Source: Cystobasidiomycetes sp. EMM_F5
Taxonomy: Eukaryota
NCBI GenBank assembly: GCA_051047955.1
Contig: JBPGPT010000004.1
Coordinates: 124,001-188,000, forward strand
Direction of reading: 5' to 3'
Length of the DNA stretch: 64,000 nucleotides
In this document: positions 49,228 through 61,742 of the stretch, piece after piece
How positions within the stretch are numbered: the stretch's first letter is position 1
How the letters are laid out: each line of letters starts with the position of its first letter
The notes under the pieces: generated by a model
The model's input: only the letters and a program-made list of their open reading frames with translations
Databases searched by the model: none
What the model was told of the DNA's origin: nothing
Position numbers and translations under genes: made by a program

Positions 49228-51133
49228 ATGGCTACATCACACAGCACATGGGGCGAGTTGGTCAGTACTTTCCGAGCGAACAAGTGCAAGTTTGGCTATG
49301 CTGACGGTATATACTCTCGCCTACAGCCTGTCGCTATATGTGGGACAGTATCTTTCACAGCCATTACATGTCTCGTCGCCTACACTGGCTGCCTTGCTTT
49401 TCAAGGCTATCGCTTGAAATCAGAGGATGCCTTGGCGCGCACTCGGTTCTTGCGCACTCAATGTAGGTAGCGTTGCGGCATTGCACCGTATACCGCGGCG
49501 TTCTTCTGACAAGTCTTGTTTGTTGTTCACAGTCGGTCTCTTATACGCCAATCTCGTTCTCGCCGACTACATGCACTGCACTGCATTCGCAATAAATTAT
49601 TACTGGTTTGCGAAAGACCTATATCCGAATATACAAAATGGAGCAGCAGCCTGCCAGACCCAAGCTATCTTGATCCAGGCGTCAGACATTGCGTGCCTTG
49701 CTTGGGTCAGTACATATCCTCATGTTATATACCCTTCTGATACGTCTTGATAGTCATTCATCATCGCTGTGCATACGGCCGTCTACATAATCTGGCGCTA
49801 TGAACCTCCTATCAGAGTTATATATTGTGCCATCACATCTGCTTGGCTCCTCGTCCTGTTGGCGTGTATGGTGGGCCCTCTCTTTGTAGCTGTCCGCCGC
49901 AACAACGGAGTAGACGCCCCACCGTTCTACGACAATGCCGGTCTATGGTGCTGGATAGCGTCGGGCTACGAACCCTGGAGACTTTACGCCCACTATCTAT
50001 GGGTCGGTAGCCTCAGATCCTGCATAGTCAGGTCATCGCTGAATGTGCATGTGCCTTAATTCAGGTCTTCATTTCGGCGACTGCCAGCCTTTGCATTTAC
50101 TTATGCATCTTTTTGTTTATATGGTTGCGACTTTTCCAAAGGGGCCAACCCTCCATGAGTGCTGGGATATTCAAATTCAGGCAGGCCGTAAAGAGCCTTG
50201 CGATGCCACCAACACCTCCCATTGGTGGAGATTCTGAAAAACCTAAGCGACCGGCAGGCTCTTCCCGTGGAAGTCAGTCTCCAGACGAACATATGCGAGC
50301 AAGGGATCGACAGCTCGACAAAGTCGCGGCTATGATGCTACTCTTTCCCATCGGGTAAGCTTGTTCTGCATGTTCATTCGCAACTGCGATGCTTATATGT
50401 ATTGTCAACTTCAGTTACATTTGCTGCATTCTGCCTCTGGCTACCTTCCGTCTTGGGCGCATGACGGGTGCTCCTTGGGCCAGTAATTTAGTCGTACAAT
50501 CAATCTGCGGATCAATATTTGCCATGAACGGAACATGCAACGTCGTCCTATTTTTGCTGACCCGACATACTTTTCGTGGGCAGAAGAGACAGAAACTGTC
50601 TAGTGCTCAAACTGGTGCGTGCTGGCATCTCTTCTGAGTCCATTGTATCTCAAGGGCTGACACGAGGTCTACTGACAGAGCTGGACTCTTCTGTGCATCA
50701 TATTGAATTCGGTTACGAAGTGGAGCACGCGAGCAGTAATGGAGATCAGTACAAACGCGACCTGATACAAGCCGGTATTCTACGACCGATGCCAGCAGTA
50801 TCGGTGACTCCGCCGACACCAGCGAAACGAAGGAAATCTTCTGCACCCAGCTATCAGCGTGATCTCAGTCCTGCCTCGCACCGACCTGGATTGCCGAGAC
50901 GGGCGAGTCATGAAAGCTGGACGAGTCTGAGACGCAACAGCAGTGCCAAAGACTATACACCCGGCATGCGGCAGCCTTCAGCCCTTTCAGCTACGTTGAT
51001 GGTGGCGCGTCAAATGTCAGACGGGCTCAGCTTCAAGGACAGTGACGATGATCTGGATCACGACGAGGGCGTTCCACCTGACTCGCCGTTAGTACAGTTT
51101 CAATCTGAGCAGTTGCAATCCAGCAATGTGTAG
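49228..51133 (+). CDS. Git3/Gpr1-like 7TM G protein-coupled receptor (multi-exon)
   Basis: FLRTQFGLLYANLVLAD, ACQTQAILIQASD, IAVHT, PFYDNAGLWCWI, RLYAHYLW, KVAAMMLLFPIGYICCILPL, GTCNVVLFLLTR. Confidence 0.82.
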
Positions 51134-51330
51134 CTTATAGCGGGAGTGAATCGCACCGATTAGTATTGTAGCATAGCACCAACATCTTTAGTCGAAATGA
51201 GCATGTTTGTCGTTATGTAGCGTTGGAACAAACATTATGCGAATGACAATGAAGGCTTGTCAACGTAGGCTTAGTCGTGCTTTTTTTTTGTCATCTGTAC
51301 AAGATGCTGGACTCCAACACCTAAGCGCAA

Positions 51331-52930
51331 CTAGTAATTGTCATCGTCATCATTTCCTGCGGCACGTACGGATGCATCACTATATTCGTCGGCCGAATCC
51401 TGGTCTTCTCCCTCGGGATAGTCATTTCTGTAGAAATCCTCCTCGTTGCTATCTTCATCGTCAGTATTGATGTGATCTGAATCTTGATCATCTTCTCCGT
51501 CCCCGTCTGCTAGAATCTCGTCGTCTTCGAGGCCAGTTCTACAAAATGTAAGGTCAGTATACACCTTGCTGAGACGAAAGCGCTTCAATTGCTTACAGCT
51601 GTCCAATCTTGCGCAAGCCGTCGGCCGATGCGACGTCCAGGCCTGCGGAGTCCGAGGACAGTACGGATGTGCCGGCCACGCTTGTCGAAATATCGCGATA
51701 GTACACGTCATACACCCATTCGCTGTCATCGTCGGCAGCATCGCCGGCGGACAGATCTGGCGGGGTCTCAAAGCCAGGATGAGGCGGAGTATTGTCGGAG
51801 CCGGGCTCGCTGGATGCCGGCTCGAGGTTTTTACCGCTCTCCGCCTGCAAGGCCGCATTCGGATTGCCTCCAGGGGAAGACTTGACGACCGGTGCTATCG
51901 GCGTCTGCACTGCACTAGTCCGTCAGAAGCTGAATGCGCTCGGATAGGAAATGCATACATACGGGACAAGTATTCCCTCAACATCGGCATCAGATTACGC
52001 ATCGCTTCGTCCTCTTCCTCATTGTCGAGCGAGGTTGTGCCGCGTGAAGGATTTCGCAAGCTATAATGACCACTATGGGAGTTTTGCGATATGTCTCTTT
52101 GTCTCTGTTGCGCCAATCTCTGTTTTCTTTGCTGAGCGTACGCATTCAGTTTTGCGTGCATAGGGTCAGCCTGAGCGTTGTCTTCATCATTATCACTCTC
52201 GATGGTCGCTTCAATTATCCGCAAGTCACGGGCTTTGCTTGAAGCAGTATTGATCGCTGTGGATCTTACAACTGGCGGTGCTGTGGGTCGCCGGTGAGAG
52301 GAGTGGGCCTGGTCAGGCCGTGATGGGGAATAGCCGGTATTTATTCGACGCTCTTCTACGATTCTATATCGAGCCTTTTTGCGCTCTGCTTCGGCAGACT
52401 GGTGTGCTGGACTAGCAGCCTGAGCACTCGACAGGGCATTCAGATTGCTGCTCGACGCAAACCTGCTCTGGCGCGGGGAACTTGTCGTGCTCGTATCGCT
52501 CGAAGCCAGTCGGGGTGGAGGATGTGAGATGAGCGATGTGATTCGGTCTCGCAGTGATCGCTTTGACGCTTCCGTGTCAAAGGCGGTGGACGACACTGTC
52601 TCTGCGAATCGAAAGATGCCTAAACACCACCGCCAGCAGTGACATCAGATAGCGTTAGAATGTAAACTCCTCCAAACCGACCCTTGTTTGCAGGGACTGC
52701 GAGACTGAGCAGACCATGTTGCTGCTGGTCGCCGTCCAGAGCGTCACCAAGACTTGGCCTGCTCCGCTTGCTGGGCCTCGCTGGAGGCTCAATCACTGCA
52801 CGGATCCAAGGACCATGTCAACAGTCGGCAGCCCAGTCGCACAGCTAGCTGGCTGACCGAGCGCGTCGAGAGCTTCGTGGTCATCCCTGCGACGCCGCTT
52901 GATGCGCAGAATTGTCGGAGTGCTCGTCAT
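51331..52930 (-). CDS. IWR1: RNA polymerase II nuclear import factor Iwr1-like (multi-exon)
   Basis: MTSTPTILRIKRRRRDDHEALDAL, GIFRFAETV, EWVYDVYY, DDEDSNEEDFYRNDYPE. Confidence 0.87.
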
Positions 52931-53029
52931 GTTTAGTTCATATTCATGGAGCGAATGCAAGGTTTGCACTCTTGACTTCCAATATATATCACTTACAAAG
53001 TGGACTCGAGCACTCTCCAACACCAAACC

Positions 53030-54765
53030 ATGAGCTCGCATTCTGCCAAAGCTGTGTACGTGCCAGAGGACTGCGCCGTCGAGGAAACTCCGCTGAGCTC
53101 GTGTCGCGTACCGTATCGACAGCATTCTGACGGGCGGCCCGTCCAAGGGAACGCGGATGCGACCACTGTCCTTGGACATCCCGTGCGTGCACTCTGTGTG
53201 ATGCCGCGTTTCTTTCGCTGATATTGCGTTTACTTGCTGGATTTTGGACCCAGAAAGCCGCTGTTTCCCATAGCTGGCCGACCGATGATATGGCATCACA
53301 TCCAGGCCCTGTCAAAGGTAGATGGGCTGTCTGAAGTCCTCCTCATTGGCTTCTACGACGACGCCGTCATGGCACCGTTCATTCGTGATGCGTCGCGAGA
53401 CTTTCCGAATCTAGCTATCCGGTACGTTCGCAGCGTGCTTTCGGCAAAGACTGTACGTCTAGTGTCTGAATTCATACACGCCTCAGATACCTGCGCGAAT
53501 ACACCTCGCTCGGCACGGCGGGCGGACTGTACCACTTCAGAGACGCAATCCTCCGAGGCAACCCATCGCAAATCTTTGTCATTCACGCAGACATCTGCTT
53601 CTCCTATCCATTCCAAGAGATGCAGCAGTTCCACGAGTCTCATCGTGGTGTCGGAACCATCATGGGAATGAATGTCAGTGCAACAAAGTCCGGCCACGTG
53701 CCTAGACTGTGCGCGCAGACTGTTCACTGAGGCTCTGCCGCCTTGTTTGCAGGTCGAGAAAGAGGCTGCTACCAAGTATGGCTGCATCGTCACAAACACC
53801 AGCACCAACCAAGCCGTACACTATGTCGAAAAGCCAGACTCTTACATTAGCAACACCATCAACACTGGCGTGTACCTGTTCGACAAGTCGATCTTTGACG
53901 AGATCAAGCTGGCCATGGATGAGACGGTCCGTCGAGCTGCTGAAGATCCGCTCTTGTCGCTCGAAAAGGAAGATGACGAACAGCTCCGTCTCGAACAAGA
54001 TGTCATTGCTCCACTCGCCAGCGAGAAGAAGCTGTATGTCTACATGACGCAAGGTTTCTGGAGACAGATCAAGTCTGCTGGGTCAGTAATTGCGTTATCA
54101 GTACAGCGCGACGTGAGCAGCTCATGTGCTCCTCTTCATCGCTCGACGCAGATCCGCTGTTCCAGCCAACGCGCTCATGCTCGGCTCGTACAAGACGACC
54201 AACCCAATGCTGCTCCGTCAACGCTCACCTACCATCTCTGCAAAGTCGCGCTCTGCACACCAACGCAGCGGTCCGACCATTGTCGAGCCTTGTTTTATCG
54301 ATGAGACTGCAGAAATCGATGCCAACGCAAAGATTGGACCAAACGTGTCTATTGGTGCCAATGTGCGGGTCGGATATGGCTGCCGTGTCAAGGAAGCTAT
54401 GCTATTGGATGGCGCCGTCATGGAGGTGAGCGCCATGGTCTCAGTCTGTTGCCGGGCAAAAGATGACTGACTCTCGTTGCTTCAATAAATAGAAAAACTC
54501 GTGCGCACTGTATGCCATCATCTCTGAGGGCTGCAAGCTCGGCCCGTGGTCTCGCGTAGAAGGCACTTCGACCTCGACAGACGACAAGCTGTCTATTGCT
54601 ATTTTGGCAAAGGAAGTGACTGTCAAGTCGGAAGTGTCTGTGCGAAGGTAAGTCTCACGTATGACAGCGGCTCAAGACGTTGTTGCTGAGCGAATACTTT
54701 ACAGCTGCATTGTTCTGCCCAACAAGACTTTGACCCGCAGCTGCGCAAACGAGGTCTTGCTTTAG
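53030..54765 (+). CDS. GMPPA: mannose-1-phosphate guanylyltransferase, alpha (GMPPA-like) subunit (multi-exon)
   Basis: [73 protein letters not shown], hexapeptide AKIGPNVSIG, CIVLPNKTL. Confidence 0.92.
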
Positions 54766-55275
54766 ACGGCCTAGCGAGATCGTATGTAGAGCAGCGATGA
54801 ATTGCATTATTTGACAAGCAGTAGGATCCACAAATCTCGCAATCGATTGCGATTGTGATGAAAACGCATTGGCCGTCCAGGCAGCGACTCGAAGGCTTGA
54901 CGCGCAGCCAACGTCACTCCGCCTGCGAGATTGTTAATATACCTTGACGCTCACGCCGTTCTGGCCTTGTGTTGCTATTTTGCGCGTATTCCCTTTACAC
55001 GTCGCGTGTTTTTATGGACCTTGCATTCCATTGTTTTTTTGCGTGGCAAAACGTGAAAAGCTTGGACCCTGGCAGAAGAGGCAATTGCAAAATGACCGGG
55101 CTGGCCACTGCGACCGCTGGGCGGGTCTCTGCAAACAACTCATAATCAACAACGACGACGAGCTTCTCACTCTCCTTTACACCTTACCACACTCGCTTCC
55201 CTACCCCGACGCTCTTTGTTTTCTCGTCGTCGCGCCCAGTCTACGCGACTGGATCCTCAGTCAAAGATCCCCATC

Positions 55276-56995
55276 ATGCTGTCGCTGGCTGGCGTCAAAG
55301 TGACTGAAGTAGCTGCGTCTCGGCTCGCTGGAGGATGGCGGAGTAGGAGCAGGATCCTGGTCGTAGCGTGCAGTCTCATTGCCTTCTCGGTGTGGTCGTA
55401 TCGGCAAGAGCTGGATCAAGAACACCGCGAAGAGCTGCTTCGGGAGCTCGTACAGTTGCCAGACGGACTCAAGACTACCTTGACGCACGCGCAGTCTTCC
55501 TTGTGCGGATCTCTGTCTTTACTAGAAAGCGTTCAGGAACCGCTACCTAGATTATGGCCGCCTACGCTGCCGCAACCAGACCCCGAGCCAGAATCTCCCC
55601 TCTACCCTGGATTTGGTGCATTGTCCGACCCAAAGAATCCGACGCGCGATAGGTCAGAAGGATTACAATATGTCCAGAAATTGACGACTTTCGACTGAAC
55701 ATTGTATTACGCACAGACTACTAGTGGCGATATTTGCATGCGATGAACAAGAGACGGGCGCACAGATGCATGTAGGTGATGAATGCCGTGTAAGGAAGAC
55801 TGTCATCTTACGCATTACTTACCCGCAGATGAGGCAAGTGCTGCATCTCGGCAAGGCCCTTGGACGAACAGTCGTGGCGCCCAATTTTGGTGGACAGGGC
55901 ATCCCGACCCTGTCAAATTGCCAACCTTACGCCTACGACGACATTTTTCGACTCGAGGAAGCGAATGCTGCGGGACTCTGGTCAGTCGCGTACCCGACAT
56001 ACGAGAAATGGGTCGAAAAATCCACAAAAGGAGCGTGGTGGTCGCTTTCTGCCCAGGTCGTTGTCATGTCGTCGGATTATGCATGGGAACAAGTCAAGAA
56101 CTTACCTCAGAATGATCGCGAACTACTGGAACGCGGCTGCGTAAAGGTGCACCCATATGCTATCGACAGTCCGCGGCTTTACATGTCGACGGCGAATCAG
56201 CAGAAAATGTCCGACGTCGTCAAAGGTCTAGCCGGCACAGACGACATGGATGTCGTATTCATGTACTTCAACCACAAGTCCGTCTTTGTCGCCCCAGAGA
56301 TCTCGGATCCCCTCTTGCAAGAAAGGCCAGAGTGGGGACTGTGGGCAAGAAATCCCTTCCCATACTGGAACTACACCAGTTTTGTGCAAGACACTTACGA
56401 CACTGCTGTGGCCAAGCTTCCAGCCAATTTTATCGCCATGCAATGGCGAATGGAACGCGTTCCTCCACCGGTAAGTACTCGTCTGCATTTCGCTAGCTTC
56501 AGCTATTAAACGCTAACATGCTGAGTTCAGGCTCTGGACAAGTGCTCTGGTCTGTTCTTGGATGGACTGCTGGAAGGCGCGCGGTCTCGTGGCATTGATA
56601 CAGTCTATATTGCTGCCGATGCGCCTCTACGGCCGGATGAACCATTCAAGTCGGCGTCCTGGGACACTGTCTTCACCGTCGGAGTTCGCGCGGCCGTAGC
56701 AAAGCTGATTGACGGATTGGAGGCGGCCAACATCAAAGTCGTGACGTGGTCAGAGATCCGGCCTACGATAGGCGAGAACGAGGCTCAAGCCAAGCTTGCA
56801 CTGGATTCTCCTGGAATCTTTGATAGATTGGTCGTGGGGAAAGCGGCCTCTTGGGTGTTTGCGCCGAATACCAACTGCGGGATGAAGAGTGCATATCTGG
56901 GTTCTATTCAGACTATGAGGCAGGACCGGATAGGTGATCCAACAGAGACGGACTGGAATAAGCTCGGAATGTACGTTACGGCTCATAGCATGTGA
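55276..56995 (+). CDS. type II membrane O-fucosyltransferase-like (GT-B) protein
   Basis: TM ILVVACSLIAFSVW; HLGKALGRTVVAPNF, FIAMQWRME, VYIAAD, FDRLVVGKAASWV; start codon uncertain. Confidence 0.62.
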
Positions 56996-57499
56996 TTTGA
57001 GTAATTAGCGCTGACAATGCGACAGGACTTGGGTGGGAGCACCTCTAGCGGGCACATTCTGGTGGGGCATTATGCCAGAGTGGGAAAACTGGGACAAGGT
57101 CGGTTTAGCAGCTCCCGCCCCATGAGAGGCACTCCCCGTCCCAGCATCAACATTAGTATCAGTAGCGCTCGTCGCGACCGCATCAGTCCCAGCCCTAGAC
57201 TCCTTCACCACATGTAGCTTGTATGCCAGACGACATTCGCTCAACCTGCGAGCCTAGCCCGCCCAACATCAGTAATAGAAGGCAGAGCTGTGCTCGTTCA
57301 TCGTCTGTTGGTTGCGGAGATGTGCTCTTCAGATGCAACACTGTCACATCAGCTTTACCCAAGCAGACTTTCATGACCTTTGACCAATCTGCCATTACTG
57401 GGCCATCCTGAGCGGTCTCGAGCGGCGTCCTTCGCTCAAGGCGCTGCCGCTTCCATTGCCTTGCTCGGCCAATCCATCTGCTCGATATCTCGACAAAAT

Positions 57500-59038
57500 A
57501 TGGCATCAGCTGAAGTTGGGACTGAGGCGTCTGGCGATGCTGCACCCAGAGCGACAGCGAGCAGCAGTCTGGGAGCTGGCCAGGCGTACGGGACTGGCTA
57601 CAATGGCCAGGCGAGACCAGCCAAACGCAGTCGGCCTGTTGATGACGAGCAGGATCATGTTTTAGCAATAACCTCGAATGACAGCAATGGAACGTCAAGG
57701 CTATCAAGTAGCATTTCTAATGCGGGCCAGGTCTACGGCAAAGGCGGATATAATAAGTCGATACCTGCGACTCGAGTCGATACTGTACCGGCTTCGGACA
57801 GCTTGCCAGAAGCTGGACCCTCGAGACATTCAGAACCGCAAGGTGATCATGACAGAGCTCCGCCTTCCCGTACCCATCCTTCAACAACTCCACTCGCCCT
57901 TGCTCCATCCTTCTTCGGCACCGCTCCAGTCGACGAATTCACCAAAGAAATTGGTGACTGGGTGTGGGGCTGGTGCAACAACCGGACAAACGTTGAAGTA
58001 GGTTTGATCCCTATTCATTGCGAGAATCCTACTCACGCAGTCTATCAACAGATTGAAGCAAAGATTGGCTTCCTTCTTGATAACCGACCAAACCTCCCAC
58101 CTAGAACACGGGTCTCGTTTCCAGTTGCAAATGAAACTAGTAGGTTGACGCGTCCGCTCGCCGTGCTTCCTGCTGATGCCACTACCTAGTCTTGACCGAC
58201 TCTACCTTTGCAAGATTCGAAAGTAATATGCCGATAGTTAGTAATGAGCCGCTTGCAGTACGCCAGATTAGGGCAGAGTCTGAGCATCCCCCCCTTTGCC
58301 TTCTCTTTACAGGCTGTACACCATCACTTCAATCAGAAACTAAATGCACAAGTCGGTATATCACAACATGCCAACTATCCAGGCGGCAAGATCCGGTACC
58401 AGCATACAAAAGAGATTGACTCATTTTACTCCAATCAAGGCGACAGGAGTAAAAAAGTCCGTGTGACAAGAAACAAGGATAGCGGAGAGCTCAAAGCAGG
58501 GGGTTCCATTATCAAGAGCCGGGTCGCAGATATGAATATTTTCAGCCCTAAACGAAAATTCGATTATCGGATTAGCATAAGCATTGAAGAACCTGGCGAG
58601 TACTATCCGTTCACGTCAGCGCTTCAGTACTGAGTTGCAGCGTCGTTCAGTACCTTTGCCGACTGGCAAGGCTACGCATAGTAGGGAAAAGGACCGTGTA
58701 TCGTATCGCCATCAGTCTTGTACGGTCGATCTTACGCAAGTAAAGACTCCAGAAAAGGTGAGTCTGGCGTTATCATGTAAGGATGCCCGTCTGACACCTT
58801 CCAACCTGTAGAATGAGGTTCTGCACGAGTTGGAAGTCGAGTTTGCCGATATGCCCCTTTTGATGCGCGAAGGATACAAGGCGGTCAACGGGGTCAAGGA
58901 TCACCTATACTATGAATTGATACAGATTTTCATCAACAATATAAGAATGTAAGTGTCTTGAAGCGAAAGCAGCTGAATATTGACTAAATCACAGTCTCGC
59001 TGTACAGGCTCCTGCAGAAAGCTGCCGAGCCATTGTAG
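57500..59038 (+). CDS. CET1: mRNA 5'-triphosphatase Cet1 (CYTH/triphosphate tunnel; multi-exon)
   Basis: NVE|IEAKIG, FESNM, HTKEIDSFY, KVRVTR, IIKSRVADMNIFSP...FDYRISISIE, REKDRVSYRHQ...VDLTQV, HELEVEF. Confidence 0.93.
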
Positions 59039-59198
59039 CCAATACTTGTGCAGATATCGTGTGCTTCAGATTGTCTTGTCAATTTGTTGTACTGGTCGGT
59101 CCCGCAATGGAAATGATCGATGTTGACTGTGACGCCGAGTAGACAACCGTCTCCTCCGGTAAGCATTCGTAAAGTGCTCAAACCTTGCACCGCTGGTC

Positions 59199-60292
59199 AT
59201 GCCAAATGCTGCTGGCAATCTCGACCACTTTATAGCTGGAGTCCGGGCTACGTTTGCGGGGTTTGCCAGCAGTAATGCCGAACTCGACGACTTTCTGCAA
59301 AGTGCCCGCGACTTTTATATCGACTTCACCAGTGCAGCATCAGCAGAACCTCCACATCAGACTTCTCGACTGCCGTTCTGGCGGTATTTAATCGCTTATT
59401 CTACTGCTGGCCTGGATGCCGCTGCGTCGTCAAGCGGGCCGCCTGACGCTGCTGTTCAGGATCTCATGCAAGAGATAGGCAACTTCTGGCCATTTCTACC
59501 TGCAGTCGTCGGACGAGCGTACAAGCCAGGCATTCCTGCTCAGCCTGATACTGCCATCACACCAACATCCGTTGCAATGGCCCGACCTCGCTCCCGTTCG
59601 CTGTCAAATACGCTGTCGCAATTGTCTGGTATCGCTATCGAGCACAGCAGCGACCAAGGGACGCAGACTGACTTTGACGCACCGCCGTTTATACCGTAAG
59701 CATGCACTCCTCGACGATGTACCTGGTTTGCCTTTCGGCAGCGGGGTCCCCGCAGGACTTTCACAGTATATTGTAGTAGCTGACTGCTTTGATCACCTTC
59801 AGTGTGCATCCGCAAGTGCCGCCAGTTAGACACGCGTGGTCTTCCCAGCCCGGTACACCTCTGGCTGCACCTGCTAGGCCAATCTTTTCTCGGACATTCT
59901 CGAGAAACATAGACCGATCCAGATCTCATTCGATGGAGACAGCTAGCGATCATACAGATGCGCGCTCTCCGCCTCCGCTAGTCTTCTCAGAATCGCAAGC
60001 CTCATCCTCGACCATCGAATCAAATGGTGTGCCACTGCTTGAACGTAAGCCTTCCGAGCCAATACCGCAAACGTGCGCGGAGCCTGCTCTCTTGCTGGCA
60101 GACAGAGGAGACAACACGGCTAAGCTACTACCTACCAACGACGGCACATACGTACTACAAGTTTCTATTGGAGGGAGAAAGCTAGTAGTGAATCCCGACA
60201 AGCCGGCAGAAATCTCATATCATAATGCAACAGGACAAGTCGTTACTCGATCGTTACTGTACCCTCTGGCTGAGCCTCTAATCGTCTCATAA
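59199..60292 (+). CDS. hypothetical protein (probably 2 exons)
   Basis: ORFs 59199..59699 and 59789..60292 separated by gtaagc...gctgac...ttcag intron; no recognised domain. Confidence 0.55.
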
Positions 60293-60721
60293 ACATATTC
60301 CGCATCGGAGGAGTCGTCTTTTGGACTACCCTTAGCTTCGCTTGATCCTGTACACTGCAACCCAATTTCTAAAAGCATTGTCAAGCGGTGCATCCTCACA
60401 TCTTTTCCTGCAATGTGATTGCGCTCTTGGTCGTGTTTTCAACACTACATATTGACGTAATGCTCAGTCTAGGTACCTATAAATGTTATTTGTTATGTCA
60501 TTGTAGACGGTTTTTCGAAGTGGTGCTCGATGAGCAGACCGAAACTACACATGATGCAGATGAACGTCTACGATATGCGATAACATCATGAAGACAAGAC
60601 CTGGCGGGACACCAACCGTTCATGCAGTGTGCCAGCCATCTCAAGCCGGCCACTCCAACACGTTGCTAAAGCTCACACCTTTTGTATCGTCTGCCTTCAG
60701 CCTCAACTATCACCATGCAGC

Positions 60722-61672
60722 ATGGCCCGCGTCCAAGCCACATCACATCTTGCCATTGGAAAATATCTGCGGGTCCTGTCGAATCTGGTCACAATCAGCG
60801 TCGCCCTCGTCTCCACAACGACTGTGCATCTGTTGAGAAAGGCAGCCGAAGCGACCCATAAACGAGCGGTCGAACCCATTAACGGCATCATCAAGGACAC
60901 GACAGCTCCTTTCTTCGAGCCTCAAGTCGCTTATCCAGAGAGTACATGGGAAGGCTTGAAGCGCTCAGCCTCCCGTCGAGGCAGCTTGGGCGGCAATATA
61001 CGCGCGGCGGACAATGTCTTAGCCAGCCCACGGAAGACCGCTCGAGCACCTGTAGAGAGTCCGGACAGGCGCAGAAGCGTTGATATCTTATCCTTGTACC
61101 AGCAAGAAGGCTTGGCTAGACGACGCAGCTTGGTCGCGCGTCCACCTCCAGGTAGCGAGGAGTCCAACTCCAATGCTCGGAAAAGGAATCGTACAGCCAC
61201 GCAAGAAGAGGCTCTGGAGAACATGGGAGATCAGCTATCCCGATCTGGTAAGTCTGGCGACAGACACGTGGGGAATGGAACACAGTCACTTACTGTTCAA
61301 ACTTGGTCAGTGCCATCTGGAGGTGTACGTAAAGCAGCCCGCATGGTTGGCGTTTCGGAAATGTTAGCGAGTCCACCGCTTGGAAATCTGTCTGTACAAG
61401 CGCGAAGACACGGAGCCATTCAGTCGCTTGATGCGAAGAGTCAGCAGCCGTTCCGGATCAGAGTGATCTCAGACAATCATACGATCCATGATGGGCACCC
61501 TGTGGAAGAATCCGATGAGTTCATAATAAGTCCCTGCTCAATGTCAGTTCCATCGCCGACGTGGTCGACTGGGTCTTGTATGCAAGTTTCTCCGAGAACA
61601 CCCAATTTCAGCCCCCTTCGAACCAGCTTCACTCGCAAAGATGGCGAGGAAACTGTGCAGTCGGTTGTGTAG
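60722..61672 (+). CDS. hypothetical protein
   Basis: Single long ORF (60629..61672), first ATG 60722, N-terminal hydrophobic stretch then Ser/Arg-rich region. Confidence 0.5.
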   Translation: MARVQATSHLAIGKYLRVLSNLVTISVALVSTTTVHLLRKAAEATHKRAVEPINGIIKDTTAPFFEPQVAYPESTWEGLKRSASRRGSLGGNIRAADNVLASPRKTARAPVESPDRRRSVDILSLYQQEGLARRRSLVARPPPGSEESNSNARKRNRTATQEEALENMGDQLSRSGKSGDRHVGNGTQSLTVQTWSVPSGGVRKAARMVGVSEMLASPPLGNLSVQARRHGAIQSLDAKSQQPFRIRVISDNHTIHDGHPVEESDEFIISPCSMSVPSPTWSTGSCMQVSPRTPNFSPLRTSFTRKDGEETVQSVV

Positions 61673-61742
61673 GTATAGGTGCTTAGTCGGGTCCAATGGT
61701 TCGCGTACGACTGCTTGGTAGGATATACTTTATAATTTATCG

